DNA of 64,000 bases, taken from assembly GCA_964562985.1 (NCBI GenBank), contig CAZLWE010000005.1, positions 3,241 through 67,240 on the forward strand, in the 5' to 3' direction. This DNA comes from an uncultured Acidimicrobiales bacterium (lineage in GTDB: Bacteria; Actinomycetota; Acidimicrobiia; Acidimicrobiales; SHLQ01). The number at the start of each line of letters is the position of its first letter. Positions within the stretch are counted from its first letter, which is position 1. The notes beneath the pieces were generated by a model, which saw only the letters and a list, made by a program, of their open reading frames with translations, did not search any database and was not told the origin of the DNA. The position numbers and the translations under genes were made by a program. Shown here in pieces: positions 17,971 through 28,077 of the stretch.

Positions 17971-19218
17971 CCTATCTCGGCGATACTTGCCGCGTAGATA
18001 GCTGGCCTCGCCTTCGCCATCCAGCGGGCCCTCCTCTAAGCGTCGTTCGCGCAAAACCCCCAACGCTGCGCCGACCTCAGGACCAGCAGGAATCGACAGA
18101 ATCTCCATCACTTCTTCACCGTCGAGTACAGGCGAAAAGTCCGAGAGATCCTCGATCGCTTCGAGTTCGCGATAGACCCGCGGAAATGATCGGTCATCGA
18201 GGTCCAACACCTTGATGAGATCCATCAATAGCGGAACCGATTGGAATCCAACCCGGTCGATCAGTCGTCTCACGGTCGATTCGTCAAACTCACGTTCACC
18301 GTGTTCCACCACATCCAACCCCGCCAATACCCGCCGTATCGCTCGCGCGTCAGTATTTGAGTACCGAAGCGAATCGAGCTGCACCCCACGCGCGGAGGCG
18401 GGCGCATGGCTGAACACCACGGCTCGCCGCAACGACAGATCGACCGGCGATCGATCGAGTTCAACACCGAGGCCGGCAAGGTCATCTGCGGGCACGGTGT
18501 CCGCCACATACTCCCAAGCTCCAACCGAAGCCAAAAAGGCGATGCCGCTCGAAGGTGCCGACGCGGCGAGCAACTTGTCGAACTCATCACGGACTCGTTC
18601 GATCGAGACGATCCGCATTCGATCGATCAAATCCGATGCAGCGGCGAAGACATCGTCATCCACGGTGAGTCCGTACCGAGCAATGAAGCGCGCGGCGCGC
18701 AGAATTCTCAACGGGTCGTCCTGAAAGGACACCTGCGGCTCAACCGGCGTTCGCAATACCCGTTGTTCGAGATCCGAGGCTCCCCCAAAGGGGTCGATGA
18801 GCTCCGCTTCGCTTTCGTCTAACCCCACCCGTATCGCCATGGCGTTGATCGTGAAGTCCCGACGGGACAGGTCCAGCTCAATATCGTCGCCAAATTCCAC
18901 TTCTGGCTTTCGCGAACCATCGCCATATGACTCGGCACGATGCGTGGTGATCTCATACGGGCGATTGCCGACCCGGCAACCAATGGTGCCGAAACGTTCG
19001 CCTTGAGCCCAGAGCGCATCGGCAAACGGCGCGACCAATTCTTTGATCTCGAGCGGGCGGGCATCGGTTGTGAGGTCGAAGTCGAGAGACTCAATGGGCG
19101 CTCCAAGATGGAGATCCCGAACGATGCCACCGACGAGATACAGCGATTTTCCCGCGCGAGAAAAAGCCTCCGTCAACGGACGGATCTCATCGAGGACAAC
19201 CTGGCTCAAAGCGGGCAC
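17968..19218 (-). CDS. cca: CCA tRNA nucleotidyltransferase (class II) with an eroded HD domain; start approximate
   Basis: LVGGIVRD, DFD, EITTHRAESY, RRDFTINAMA and DDPLRILRAARF motifs. Confidence 0.92.
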   Translation of the reverse strand: MPALSQVVLDEIRPLTEAFSRAGKSLYLVGGIVRDLHLGAPIESLDFDLTTDARPLEIKELVAPFADALWAQGERFGTIGCRVGNRPYEITTHRAESYGDGSRKPEVEFGDDIELDLSRRDFTINAMAIRVGLDESEAELIDPFGGASDLEQRVLRTPVEPQVSFQDDPLRILRAARFIARYGLTVDDDVFAAASDLIDRMRIVSIERVRDEFDKLLAASAPSSGIAFLASVGAWEYVADTVPADDLAGLGVELDRSPVDLSLRRAVVFSHAPASARGVQLDSLRYSNTDARAIRRVLAGLDVVEHGEREFDESTVRRLIDRVGFQSVPLLMDLIKVLDLDDRSFPRVYRELEAIEDLSDFSPVLDGEEVMEILSIPAGPEVGAALGVLRERRLEEGPLDGEGEASYLRGKYRRDR

Positions 19219-19361
19219 GCCGCAGAGGCTACGGGAACCTTGAGTACCCTCGGGGTATGTTGCTGGATCGTTTGCACCGCCCCGTGCGTGGCGTTCGAAT
19301 TGTGCGCCGCGAAGAAAGCGATCCAAATCCGTCGTTTCGGGTGCAGCTAATCCCTCTGCGG

Positions 19362-19958
19362 ATGCTCGCCACGAGCGATGTCGAGCGACTGAAGAACCAA
19401 TACCAGGACAGTCCCGGACCCATCGTGACGAGTGCCTTGGGACCCAGAGAACAAGCGCCCTTTCTCGAAGCGGGCTTTGTCCCCCGGGAGTCGTTGTATC
19501 TCCTACGCCACAACTTGGAAGGCATCCGCGCTGATCAAGGACGAGCAAAGGTTCGCAATGCGCGCCGGACAGATCTCGACTCAGTGCTGAAGATCGATCG
19601 GCAAGGGTTTGATGATTTTTGGGCCTTCGATCGAGACGCCATTAGCCACGCCCGCAAAGCCACCCCCAGTCATCGGTACGTGGTGGCGACCATCGACCGG
19701 ACCGTGCACGGCTATGCGATTACCGGACAAGCCGGAAAGTCTGGCTACCTGCAACGACTGGGCGTTGCCGAACAATCTCGACAACAAGGCATCGGCGGAC
19801 AGCTGATTACAGATTCACTGAGGTGGGCCCAGCGAGCGGGAGCCCACGAGGTGCTCGTCAATACCCAAGAGATCAACGAGACCGCTCGACGCATCTACGA
19901 GCGGCACGGGTTCACGCTCGATACCGAACGCTTGACCGTGCTGGAATGGGTCAGATGA
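19362..19958 (+). CDS. GNAT N-acetyltransferase; start uncertain
   Basis: LQRLGVAEQSRQQGIGGQL acetyl-CoA motif; N..A.RIYERHGF. Confidence 0.85.
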   Translation: MLATSDVERLKNQYQDSPGPIVTSALGPREQAPFLEAGFVPRESLYLLRHNLEGIRADQGRAKVRNARRTDLDSVLKIDRQGFDDFWAFDRDAISHARKATPSHRYVVATIDRTVHGYAITGQAGKSGYLQRLGVAEQSRQQGIGGQLITDSLRWAQRAGAHEVLVNTQEINETARRIYERHGFTLDTERLTVLEWVR

Positions 19959-22006
19959 TTACTGGCCGGCCAACCCTGACCGTCGCGCTCGCGATAATCG
20001 CGCTGGTCTTGGGCGCCACAACTTCGTTGGCGGCACAAAATCTGGGCTCGGTTGAACTGGTGGCCCAAAGTGCGTGGGTGGACGAGGGTGGAATCTTCAA
20101 TGCCCAAGTGCGCGTCGCTGGCGCCGGTCCCGAATCCACGGTGTCGGTGCGAGTCCTATCTCCATGGCAATCCCGCGCAGATTTCCTTTCCGGTGACATC
20201 GCCGACACCGAGACGGTTTTGAACTTAGATCCCATCGTCCTCGCCGATGCTCAAGAGACGAGTAACGAGGTGCTGTCCTTGGAGATCGAGCTGGCGCGAT
20301 CAATACCGACGACCCAGGAAGACACCGACGCGCAGGACTCGCTTCCCATCCTCGTCACTTCTGGCACCACCGCCGTCTTCCCACTGGAGATTTCGCTGGT
20401 CTCACCCGATGGCGAAATCCTCGACAGCTTGCTCACCTCGATCATCCACATACCGAGAGTCGGTCGAGGACTCCCGCTAACTGCGGCCATGGTGATCGAG
20501 TCCGACGTTGGAGCAACGATCGACAGCGCCGGACAGAGCACATTGACCCCGGCGGAATTGGCCGAACTCGAAATCATCATCGATGCGATCGCGCAACACC
20601 GAGCAGGGCGCGTATCGCTCGCGATCACAGGGGAAACGCTGCTGGCGCTTGAACGAAGCGAGCTCGAGGGCGCACAAGCCCTTCTCGAAACGATCGCAAC
20701 CGAACTCACCTCACAGCAACTTCTGCCACAACCGCTCACCAACCTTGAGGAACAGGCGTGGATCGACGCGGAGTTCGACGACGAACTCGCTGACCTATAC
20801 GCACGGAACGCCGAGATCACCCAAGAACTCATCGGTGCATCCCCGAGCAACTCGGTCGCGGTGCTGGACCAAACGATTACGCCTTCGGGTTTGGCCGAGT
20901 TGCAGCGGCTCGGCATCAACGGAGCGATCGTCGAACCAACCCATATCGAACCACTCGACAGCGAGATATTTCCCGAACCTCTCACCAACCGGTTCCTCGT
21001 GCCAGCACCAGGGATCGATCCGCTACCGGCCATGGTGATCGACCTCGATCTCGGAGCACATTTCCTCAGCACCGATCCGGTCCCCGTCGCGGCCAACCGG
21101 ATGCTCGCCGAACTCACCCTCATCGCTATCGGACAGCTGGACATTGCTGCGGGCGTCGTGATCAGACCACCCCGCGGATGGGAAGCGAACGCGTCGTTTC
21201 TCAACATCGTGCTGAGCGGTATTGAGAGAATCCCAACCCTTACGGGAGCAACACTCCAAGAGGCGCTCGCCGACACCGCATTCGCTCCCTCAGCGGGACC
21301 CGACACATTGAGTCCGCCACTACAACGAGCTCTGCAACCGCAGCTCCAACCGACCGATCTGCGGTCGTTTCGAACCGAGTTCAACCAGGCCCAAACAGCC
21401 ATCGATGCCTGGGCCACCGTGATCGAAAGCGACACCGCTTCTGTGGGGCGCCTTCATGAGTTGCTGGAGCTCAGCACCAACAGCGATCACAGCGAATTGG
21501 AACGGGCAGCCTTCATCGAACAGATCTACAACATCATCGACACCCAAAAAGATGGATCGATCACTACCCCTCCCATCGAAACCATCACCTTGACTGGCCG
21601 AAGCTCCAATGTTCCAGTGTTGATCGACAACAACTTAGGCATCGACGCCCAGGTGATCTTGGTGCTCGACAGTGAAAAGTTGGACTTTCCCGAGGGCCGC
21701 GAGGTAACCGCAGTTCTCACTCCGGGATCAAACCGGATCGAAGTTCCGATCGAGACCAGGGGCTCGGGTGATTCACCGATCCGGATTCAAATCTTTAGCC
21801 CGGACCGCTCCGTGTTGCTGGGATCATCGGAGGTCGTCGTGCGAGCATTCGCCTTCTCGGGTGTTGGACTGATCATCGGCGTCCTCGCGATACTGGTTTT
21901 GGTCCTGTGGTGGTTGCGGCACCACGGCAAAGATGGGGATACAGTCGACACCGACGTCCCTGCCCGCCCGGATTCACAAGATTCCGGGGAACTCATCGGA
22001 GTCTGA
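19955..22006 (+). CDS. DUF6049-like (Rv3909-like) secreted, C-terminally anchored protein
   Basis: Signal peptide; C-terminal ITLTGRSSNVPV.I.N...plus a TM; conserved position after cca. Confidence 0.75.
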   Translation: MITGRPTLTVALAIIALVLGATTSLAAQNLGSVELVAQSAWVDEGGIFNAQVRVAGAGPESTVSVRVLSPWQSRADFLSGDIADTETVLNLDPIVLADAQETSNEVLSLEIELARSIPTTQEDTDAQDSLPILVTSGTTAVFPLEISLVSPDGEILDSLLTSIIHIPRVGRGLPLTAAMVIESDVGATIDSAGQSTLTPAELAELEIIIDAIAQHRAGRVSLAITGETLLALERSELEGAQALLETIATELTSQQLLPQPLTNLEEQAWIDAEFDDELADLYARNAEITQELIGASPSNSVAVLDQTITPSGLAELQRLGINGAIVEPTHIEPLDSEIFPEPLTNRFLVPAPGIDPLPAMVIDLDLGAHFLSTDPVPVAANRMLAELTLIAIGQLDIAAGVVIRPPRGWEANASFLNIVLSGIERIPTLTGATLQEALADTAFAPSAGPDTLSPPLQRALQPQLQPTDLRSFRTEFNQAQTAIDAWATVIESDTASVGRLHELLELSTNSDHSELERAAFIEQIYNIIDTQKDGSITTPPIETITLTGRSSNVPVLIDNNLGIDAQVILVLDSEKLDFPEGREVTAVLTPGSNRIEVPIETRGSGDSPIRIQIFSPDRSVLLGSSEVVVRAFAFSGVGLIIGVLAILVLVLWWLRHHGKDGDTVDTDVPARPDSQDSGELIGV

Positions 22007-22009
22007 TCT

Positions 22010-22852
22010 ATGACCATTCGCATCGTGACCGACAGTGCCTGTGACCTGTCGGACGAGGAGCTCGCTCATTGGGGAATCGGCATGGTTCCCTTGTCGATCC
22101 GTTTCGGCGACGAGGAATTCATCGACCGCACCCAGCTCTCCACCGACGAGTTTTATCGTCGGCTCGGTGCATCCGAGGTTCTGCCAGAAACCGCAGCGCC
22201 TTCGCCAGGCGCCTTCGTCGAGATGTTCAACGCCATGCAGGCCGAAGGCGCAACCGGGGTTGTCTGCATCAACCTTTCAGAAGCACTGTCTGCAACGATT
22301 CAGGCAGCTCGAACGGCCGCATCCTCCGATGACGTAACCATCGATGTGCGGGTGGTCAATTCGAAGCAGCTAACCGGCGGTCTCGGGTCGATTGTGCTCG
22401 CCGCAGCCAAAGCCGGTCGCGACGGATCCTCCGCCGATGAGATTGTTTCGTTGGCCGAGGACATGAGTAGCCGTACACACGTTTACGCAACGCTCGACAC
22501 CCTGGAGAATCTGAAGAAGGGTGGACGAATCGGAGGTGCTCAAGCCACGTTCGGCGCCATGTTGTCCATCAAGCCGTGTCTCGATCTATCGACCGGAGAG
22601 GTCGTCGCTGCGGGTAAGCAGCGAACTCGCAGACGCTCTCTCGCGTGGATTCGCCAACAGCTCATCGACGCCGGCGATGACATCGACAACCTCGCCATCT
22701 TGCACTCGAACGCGAGCGACATCGACGAGTTCATGGCGTCGGTAGCCGACGTACCAAGCGTTGCGAGCGCTCGCACGAACATCATCGGTGCCGTGATCGG
22801 GACCCACGGCGGTCCGGGCATTATTGGCATCACCTACCAACGCTCGAAGTAG
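22010..22852 (+). CDS. DegV-family fatty-acid-binding protein
   Basis: IVTDSACDL, TAAPSPG, LSEALSAT, LKKGGRIG and IGTHGGPG motifs. Confidence 0.93.
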   Translation: MTIRIVTDSACDLSDEELAHWGIGMVPLSIRFGDEEFIDRTQLSTDEFYRRLGASEVLPETAAPSPGAFVEMFNAMQAEGATGVVCINLSEALSATIQAARTAASSDDVTIDVRVVNSKQLTGGLGSIVLAAAKAGRDGSSADEIVSLAEDMSSRTHVYATLDTLENLKKGGRIGGAQATFGAMLSIKPCLDLSTGEVVAAGKQRTRRRSLAWIRQQLIDAGDDIDNLAILHSNASDIDEFMASVADVPSVASARTNIIGAVIGTHGGPGIIGITYQRSK

Positions 22853-22898
22853 AGCTGATCTATCCCGTGACATCTGGCCAACTACGGTGTGGTGCGCT

Positions 22899-24716
22899 AT
22901 GGCGCACACCCCGCCCGATCTTCGCATGAGTCGCCGTCGACTCGCCGATCGCTACGAAATAGTCGTTCGACGTGGTAGCGGAGGCATGGCCGAAGTATGG
23001 GAAGGCGTCGACCACAATCTCGGTCGAAAGATCGCGATCAAGGTCTTGCATGGCCACCTGGCGGAGAACCCGTCGGTTCTCAACCGCTTTCGAAGTGAAG
23101 CCCAAGCTGCTGCACGTCTGACTCACCCCGGCATCGTCGCCATCTACGACACGGTCACTACCGACGACACCGACGCCATCATTATGGAATTGGTCGAAGG
23201 CCGAGATCTTCGAACGATGCTCGACGAGCGCCCCACGCTTGCGCTCACCGACGCGGCCGAGGTCGGTATGCAACTCGCCGCGGCACTCGGCCACGCACAC
23301 CAACACGGCATCATCCATCGCGACGTGAAGCCAGCCAACATTCTTGTTCGGGCCGACCGACGAGTGAAGCTCTCCGACTTCGGAATCGCCAAAGCTCTCG
23401 ATCAGACCGGTCACACCGAATCCGGTTCGCTCGTTGGAACGGTGAAGTACCTGGCTCCCGAGCAACTCGAGGGGCGAACCGCAGATGCTCGAACCGACCT
23501 CTACTCGCTCACTACGTTGCTCTACGAGATGTTGTGCGGTGAGGTTCCCTTTGCTGCGAACGATCTGGTCACCGCAATGAAGCGGGTGAAGGAAGATCCC
23601 CCGTCGGCTCGACGCAAGCGCGCAGACCTGCCACCCGCGTTCGACGCGTTCCTTATGCGAGGACTGGCCCGAAACCCAGATGACCGGTACCCCGATGCAG
23701 CGTCGTGGTCGTCAGCGCTACGGGCCAGCATCAGCGGTGATACCACCGTCGTCGACTCCCACCCGTTGAAGGAGCGGACGTCGATTCCGATCAAGAACCC
23801 GCAAGGTCATGAACTTCTCGGGACCGTTCCAACTCGAGCGCCAAAGAAACCAGCTCCAACTCCACCTCGCGCATCCGGTCCATCCACTCCACGCAAAGCG
23901 CCAGCAAAAGCTGACCCGGCGGTCGCGAAGCATCATCGTCGCAACCGAGGGCGACTCGCATTTGCCGGGCCACTCATCGCCTTGGCGCTTGGCATCGCTG
24001 CGGTGGTGACCGTATGGCTTCTTCTCACCAACGGGTCGACCTCGGTCGATTCCGCTGATGATGGAGCCCCCGCGGAAAGCACCGAGGAGGTAGTCGAGGC
24101 CGTAGAGCAAACCTCGTCCACGACAACGCCCGAACCCGAGCAGACCACCGATCCCGCAGAAGACGAGCTCTCGACACAAAGCACCGAAGCGCCTCTCGTC
24201 GAAACCACCACCACCACGACGACCTCCATCCCAGAGTTCGTAAATGGCCAACGCGCCATCGCCTTCGACCCCTTCGGTAACGACGGCGAACACGATGACA
24301 TCGCCTTTCGAGCACTCGATGGAAACATCGACACGTTCTGGAACACACAGTCCTACCGGACCCGGTTCTTTAGTGGTCTAAAGGAGGGCGTCGGGTTGAT
24401 CGTCGAATTCGAAGAACCGCAACAAGTGAACGAACTGTCGGTCACAACGGACCGAATCGGGTGGGGTGCTCGTGTGTACCGAAGCGATTCCATCGCCACT
24501 GACCTCGCTGGCTGGGGAAACCCGATCGGTGAATTCAACGAGCTTGATCCCTCAACGTCGCTCGACATTGAAGATGGTTCGTCGCTAGCGGTTCTGCTCT
24601 GGATCACCGACTTGGGCCTCAACCCACAACAAAGCGCTGAGGACTACGATGCGCAGGTGGCAGAGGGCGGATTCGAACAACGGCTCGTCGTGAACGAGAT
24701 TACTATCGCGGGTTAA
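22899..24716 (+). CDS. membrane Hanks-type Ser/Thr protein kinase with an extracellular beta-sandwich domain
   Basis: GSGGMAEV, IAIK, RFRSEA, HRDVKPAN, DFGIAK, GTVKYLAPE; then a TM, a T-rich linker and ALDGN..TFW.T..Y...KEGVGL. Confidence 0.93.
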   Translation: MAHTPPDLRMSRRRLADRYEIVVRRGSGGMAEVWEGVDHNLGRKIAIKVLHGHLAENPSVLNRFRSEAQAAARLTHPGIVAIYDTVTTDDTDAIIMELVEGRDLRTMLDERPTLALTDAAEVGMQLAAALGHAHQHGIIHRDVKPANILVRADRRVKLSDFGIAKALDQTGHTESGSLVGTVKYLAPEQLEGRTADARTDLYSLTTLLYEMLCGEVPFAANDLVTAMKRVKEDPPSARRKRADLPPAFDAFLMRGLARNPDDRYPDAASWSSALRASISGDTTVVDSHPLKERTSIPIKNPQGHELLGTVPTRAPKKPAPTPPRASGPSTPRKAPAKADPAVAKHHRRNRGRLAFAGPLIALALGIAAVVTVWLLLTNGSTSVDSADDGAPAESTEEVVEAVEQTSSTTTPEPEQTTDPAEDELSTQSTEAPLVETTTTTTTSIPEFVNGQRAIAFDPFGNDGEHDDIAFRALDGNIDTFWNTQSYRTRFFSGLKEGVGLIVEFEEPQQVNELSVTTDRIGWGARVYRSDSIATDLAGWGNPIGEFNELDPSTSLDIEDGSSLAVLLWITDLGLNPQQSAEDYDAQVAEGGFEQRLVVNEITIAG

Positions 24717-25312
24717 TGCAAACGCTCGCCGAGGACGACGACCTTATCCGCGCTGCTCAGCGCGGTGATATGGCGTCGCTCGAGATCCTTCTCGATCGCC
24801 ATCACGATCGCCTGCGGGCGGTTTGCGCGAAGGTAGTTGGTCGCGGCGCCGACGCCGACGACGCCGCACAGATGGCCCTTATTTCGATCGTGAAGAACCT
24901 CGATCGGTACGACGGACGAGCCAAGTTCACGACCTGGTCGTATCGGATTGCGACCAACGCCGCGATCGACGAGCTACGTAAGCGGAAACGACGAGGCGCC
25001 ACCTCTATCGATGATGAGGACAGCCACCTACAGATAGCCGCCGCCGGAAACCTCGGAGAAGCAACCACCGCGCGGATGGTCGTTAATGACGCCCTTGAAA
25101 AGCTCCCAGAGGATTTTCGCCTACCGGTCATTCTGCGAGATTTGTGTGGTCTGGACTATGAACAAATCAGCGAGGTGTTGGAGATTGCTCCGGGCACCGT
25201 ACGGTCGAGAATTGCGCGCGGCCGTTCCAAATTGGCTGACGTCATCGGTGATGTGACAGACGGCGGGAACCAAGGCGGCTCGACGGGCGTACAAGGAAAC
25301 GACCATGAGTAA
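24716..25312 (+). CDS. ECF RNA polymerase sigma factor (SigM-like by synteny)
   Basis: DADDAAQ, FTTWSYRIATN region 2; YEQISEVL..GTVRSRIARGR region 4. Confidence 0.92.
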   Translation: MQTLAEDDDLIRAAQRGDMASLEILLDRHHDRLRAVCAKVVGRGADADDAAQMALISIVKNLDRYDGRAKFTTWSYRIATNAAIDELRKRKRRGATSIDDEDSHLQIAAAGNLGEATTARMVVNDALEKLPEDFRLPVILRDLCGLDYEQISEVLEIAPGTVRSRIARGRSKLADVIGDVTDGGNQGGSTGVQGNDHE

Positions 25313-26207
25313 CGAACGCTTCGACGACGAGCTCTTGTCGGCCATCATCGATGGTGATGCCGATGAAGCTAGCGTCGCGTCCGTTCTCGCGGACGAAACG
25401 GCAAGTCAGCGCCTCGACGCGATGCGGACGGCAGCTGGCATCGTTGCCGAAGAACCTGCGCCCGCGACTCCTGCACGGCGGGAACAATCGATCGCCGCCG
25501 CGCTCGCTGCGGCCAAGCCTGCCCCCGAAGTCACGTCACTCACCACCGAACGCGTCGCTCGACGGTCCGGGCCGAGTCCGAAGATTCTTGCAATCGCCGC
25601 TGCCGTGTTGTTGTTCATCATCGCTATCCCGGTGATTGCTGGCATTCGTTCCGCATCCGTTGAAACCGCTACCGACGCAGCTGCAGAGGCCTCCACTGAA
25701 CTCGGCGCAAGTGATGCTGCGGCCGACGTAGTCGAAGATGCCGTCGATGGCGACGACGACGAGGCTATGGAAGATGACGGTGGCGTGCTAAGCGACGATG
25801 ACGAAGAAGAGGCCATGGAGGACGACGAGGGAGATGTCCCGGCAGCCGTCCAGTCCCCGGAGTCTGCCGACGACGCTGGTGACGCTGGTGATGCCGAGGA
25901 AGAATTCGCTCCAGTCACCGAGCGCTCCCTCGCTGAACGACTAGCCGCTCGTCCACCAGCTGTATCGGCCTCGGAATCACTGATCGGCATCGACGATCTC
26001 ATCCAACTCGGAAGCGTGTTCCCCCAGTACACCCTCGACGAGCTTCTCGACGCCGGGGTGAGTCCAGATTGCGTAGATCAAGACTCCACCGCGGTTGGTT
26101 TTGACGTGGTACTGCTGGACGACGAATCGCGACTCATCATCGTCGAGTTCTTCGACGATGAAACGACCCGACTGCTCGACGCAGAGGACTGCTCCGTACT
26201 TCGCTAG
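25305..26207 (+). CDS. putative single-pass anti-sigma factor
   Basis: Overlaps the sigma stop; N-terminal ELLSAIIDG, one TM, very acidic C-terminal part. Confidence 0.7.
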   Translation: MSNERFDDELLSAIIDGDADEASVASVLADETASQRLDAMRTAAGIVAEEPAPATPARREQSIAAALAAAKPAPEVTSLTTERVARRSGPSPKILAIAAAVLLFIIAIPVIAGIRSASVETATDAAAEASTELGASDAAADVVEDAVDGDDDEAMEDDGGVLSDDDEEEAMEDDEGDVPAAVQSPESADDAGDAGDAEEEFAPVTERSLAERLAARPPAVSASESLIGIDDLIQLGSVFPQYTLDELLDAGVSPDCVDQDSTAVGFDVVLLDDESRLIIVEFFDDETTRLLDAEDCSVLR

Positions 26208-26217
26208 GCTGCCTGCT

Positions 26218-26526
26218 ATGTCCACGACGAGCAACGACTCCCCCGACTGGCCAAGACAAGCAACGGAGACCATCGTTGGCTTCGTCGACAACGTAAAGCA
26301 CAAGACGACCGAGCCTGCAACAAAAGCCGTTCGTGCGATCGTTTATGGAATTGCCATCGCACTTCTTGGTGTTCCCGCTCTGATCATGCTGCTCGTCGGC
26401 ATCGTCCACGGACTCAACCAAGTCGCAACCGGCGTCCTTGGGTTGGGTGTGTGGCTGGTGTATCTCGTCCTCGGCGTGATCTTCACCATCGTCGGAGCCG
26501 TGCTCTGGCGTAAACGCGTTGCCTAG
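26218..26526 (+). CDS. small 2-TM membrane protein
   Basis: DWPRQATETIVGFVDNVK..TT.PA..AVRAIVYG followed by two TMs. Confidence 0.75.
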   Translation: MSTTSNDSPDWPRQATETIVGFVDNVKHKTTEPATKAVRAIVYGIAIALLGVPALIMLLVGIVHGLNQVATGVLGLGVWLVYLVLGVIFTIVGAVLWRKRVA

Positions 26527-26581
26527 CCGTTCTTTCAACGGATCCAGCAACAAACCAGTCCACAAAAGTTAGGAACCCCCA

Positions 26582-27550
26582 ATGGCTGACAACGTCCGTA
26601 ACGTCGTCATCATCGGCTCAGGCCCCGCTGGCCTCACCGCCGCAATTTACGCTGCCCGTGCATCGCTCGAACCACTGGTATTGGAAGGCGAGCCATCCTC
26701 CACCAGCGATCAGCCAGGCGGACAACTCATGCTGACGACCGACGTCGAGAACTTCCCCGGTTTCCCCGAAGGCATCATGGGCCCGGAGCTCATGATCAAC
26801 TTCCGCACCCAGGCGGCACGGTTCGGCGCGCAGATCGAAACCGTAAAGGCATCCAAGGTCGACCTCTCCGAGCGTCCCTTCAAGATCTGGGTCGGTGACC
26901 CAGAGGCTGCTGAGCCGACGTACCTGGCAAAGTCGGTCATTGTTTCGACCGGTGCGCAGTCACTGATGTTGAACCTCGATCGTGAAACCGAGCTCATTGG
27001 CCATGGCGTGTCCACATGCGCAACATGCGACGGCTTCTTCTTCCGAGACCACGAGATCGCGGTCGTCGGCGGAGGCGATTCAGCCCTCGAAGAAGCCAGC
27101 TTTCTGACGAAGTTTGCGTCGAAGGTGTACGTGGTCGTACGACGCGATGAACTTCGAGCATCACAGATCATGCAAGATCGCGCTCACGCGAATCCAAAGA
27201 TCGAATTCGTCTGGAACACCAAGGTCGTCGAGTATCTCGGCGATTCCAAGCTGGCTGGTGTTAAGACGCAAAGCACGGTCGATGACTCCATTTCGGAATT
27301 GCCGGTCACGGGCCTGTTCATCGCTATTGGACACAAGCCCAATACCGGTTTGTTCGAAGGCCAGCTCGACATGAAAGACAACGGCTATTTGCAAGCCACC
27401 CCAGGGCGCACGGCAACCAATATCGAAGGCGTCTTTGCGTCTGGCGATGTCCAGGACGACTACTACCGTCAAGCAATTACCGCCGCCGGTTCGGGTTGCG
27501 CGGCAGCCCTCGAAGCCGAACGTTGGCTTGAAGAACAGGGCGAGCACTAG
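26582..27550 (+). CDS. trxB: thioredoxin-disulfide reductase
   Basis: GSGPAG, CATCDG and VVGGGDSA motifs. Confidence 0.98.
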   Translation: MADNVRNVVIIGSGPAGLTAAIYAARASLEPLVLEGEPSSTSDQPGGQLMLTTDVENFPGFPEGIMGPELMINFRTQAARFGAQIETVKASKVDLSERPFKIWVGDPEAAEPTYLAKSVIVSTGAQSLMLNLDRETELIGHGVSTCATCDGFFFRDHEIAVVGGGDSALEEASFLTKFASKVYVVVRRDELRASQIMQDRAHANPKIEFVWNTKVVEYLGDSKLAGVKTQSTVDDSISELPVTGLFIAIGHKPNTGLFEGQLDMKDNGYLQATPGRTATNIEGVFASGDVQDDYYRQAITAAGSGCAAALEAERWLEEQGEH

Positions 27551-27559
27551 TATTTGTAC

Positions 27560-27585
27560 GGAATGGAAACGCTCAACGAGTAGTT
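27560..27585 (+). promoter_or_regulatory. SigR/SigH-type ECF promoter upstream of trxA
   Basis: GGAAT-N18-GTT in the trxB-trxA gap. Confidence 0.65.
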
Positions 27586-27620
27586 TCACATTGTGCACGC
27601 AAGAGAAATGAGACAGTCCT

Positions 27621-27950
27621 ATGGCTTCTGAAAATGTCCTCAATCTGGATGACTCCAGCTTCACCGACACCATCTCGTCAAGCGACGAACCAGTGTTGGT
27701 CGACTTCTGGGCTGAATGGTGTGGCCCCTGCAAGATGATCGCCCCAATCATGGACGAGATCGCCGACGAGCAGGTCGGAACCCTGAAGATCGCCAAGGTG
27801 AACATCGACGAGGCATCGGGAACCGCTCTCCAAAACGAAGTAATGAGCATTCCAACCATGATCTTGTTCAAGGGCGGTGAGCCGGTGAAGAAGATCATCG
27901 GCGCGAAGCCCAAGGATGCGATCATGGAAGAAATCGCCGAATTTATCTAA
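27621..27950 (+). CDS. trxA: thioredoxin
   Basis: WAEWCGPCK active site; MSIPT. Confidence 0.98.
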   Translation: MASENVLNLDDSSFTDTISSSDEPVLVDFWAEWCGPCKMIAPIMDEIADEQVGTLKIAKVNIDEASGTALQNEVMSIPTMILFKGGEPVKKIIGAKPKDAIMEEIAEFI

Positions 27951-28077
27951 CGATCTCCACGCTTGTTTCGCTTCGGCGACGAGCTCATCAGATTACGTTT
28001 GCGCCGCTGTGTCCACGTGACGCGGCGGCGTTTCGCGTCCCCCGTGGGTGTGGCGTGGTACGGCTAGGGTGAAGCCT

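Noticed and set aside
26348-26374. GGAAT-N19-GTT inside the gene upstream of trxB
   Set aside because: Off-consensus spacing, intragenic and about 200 bp from the start; cannot be distinguished from chance.
28008-28024. CACGTGA core resembling parS
   Set aside because: The flanks (GTGTC/CGCG) do not match the 16-bp palindrome.
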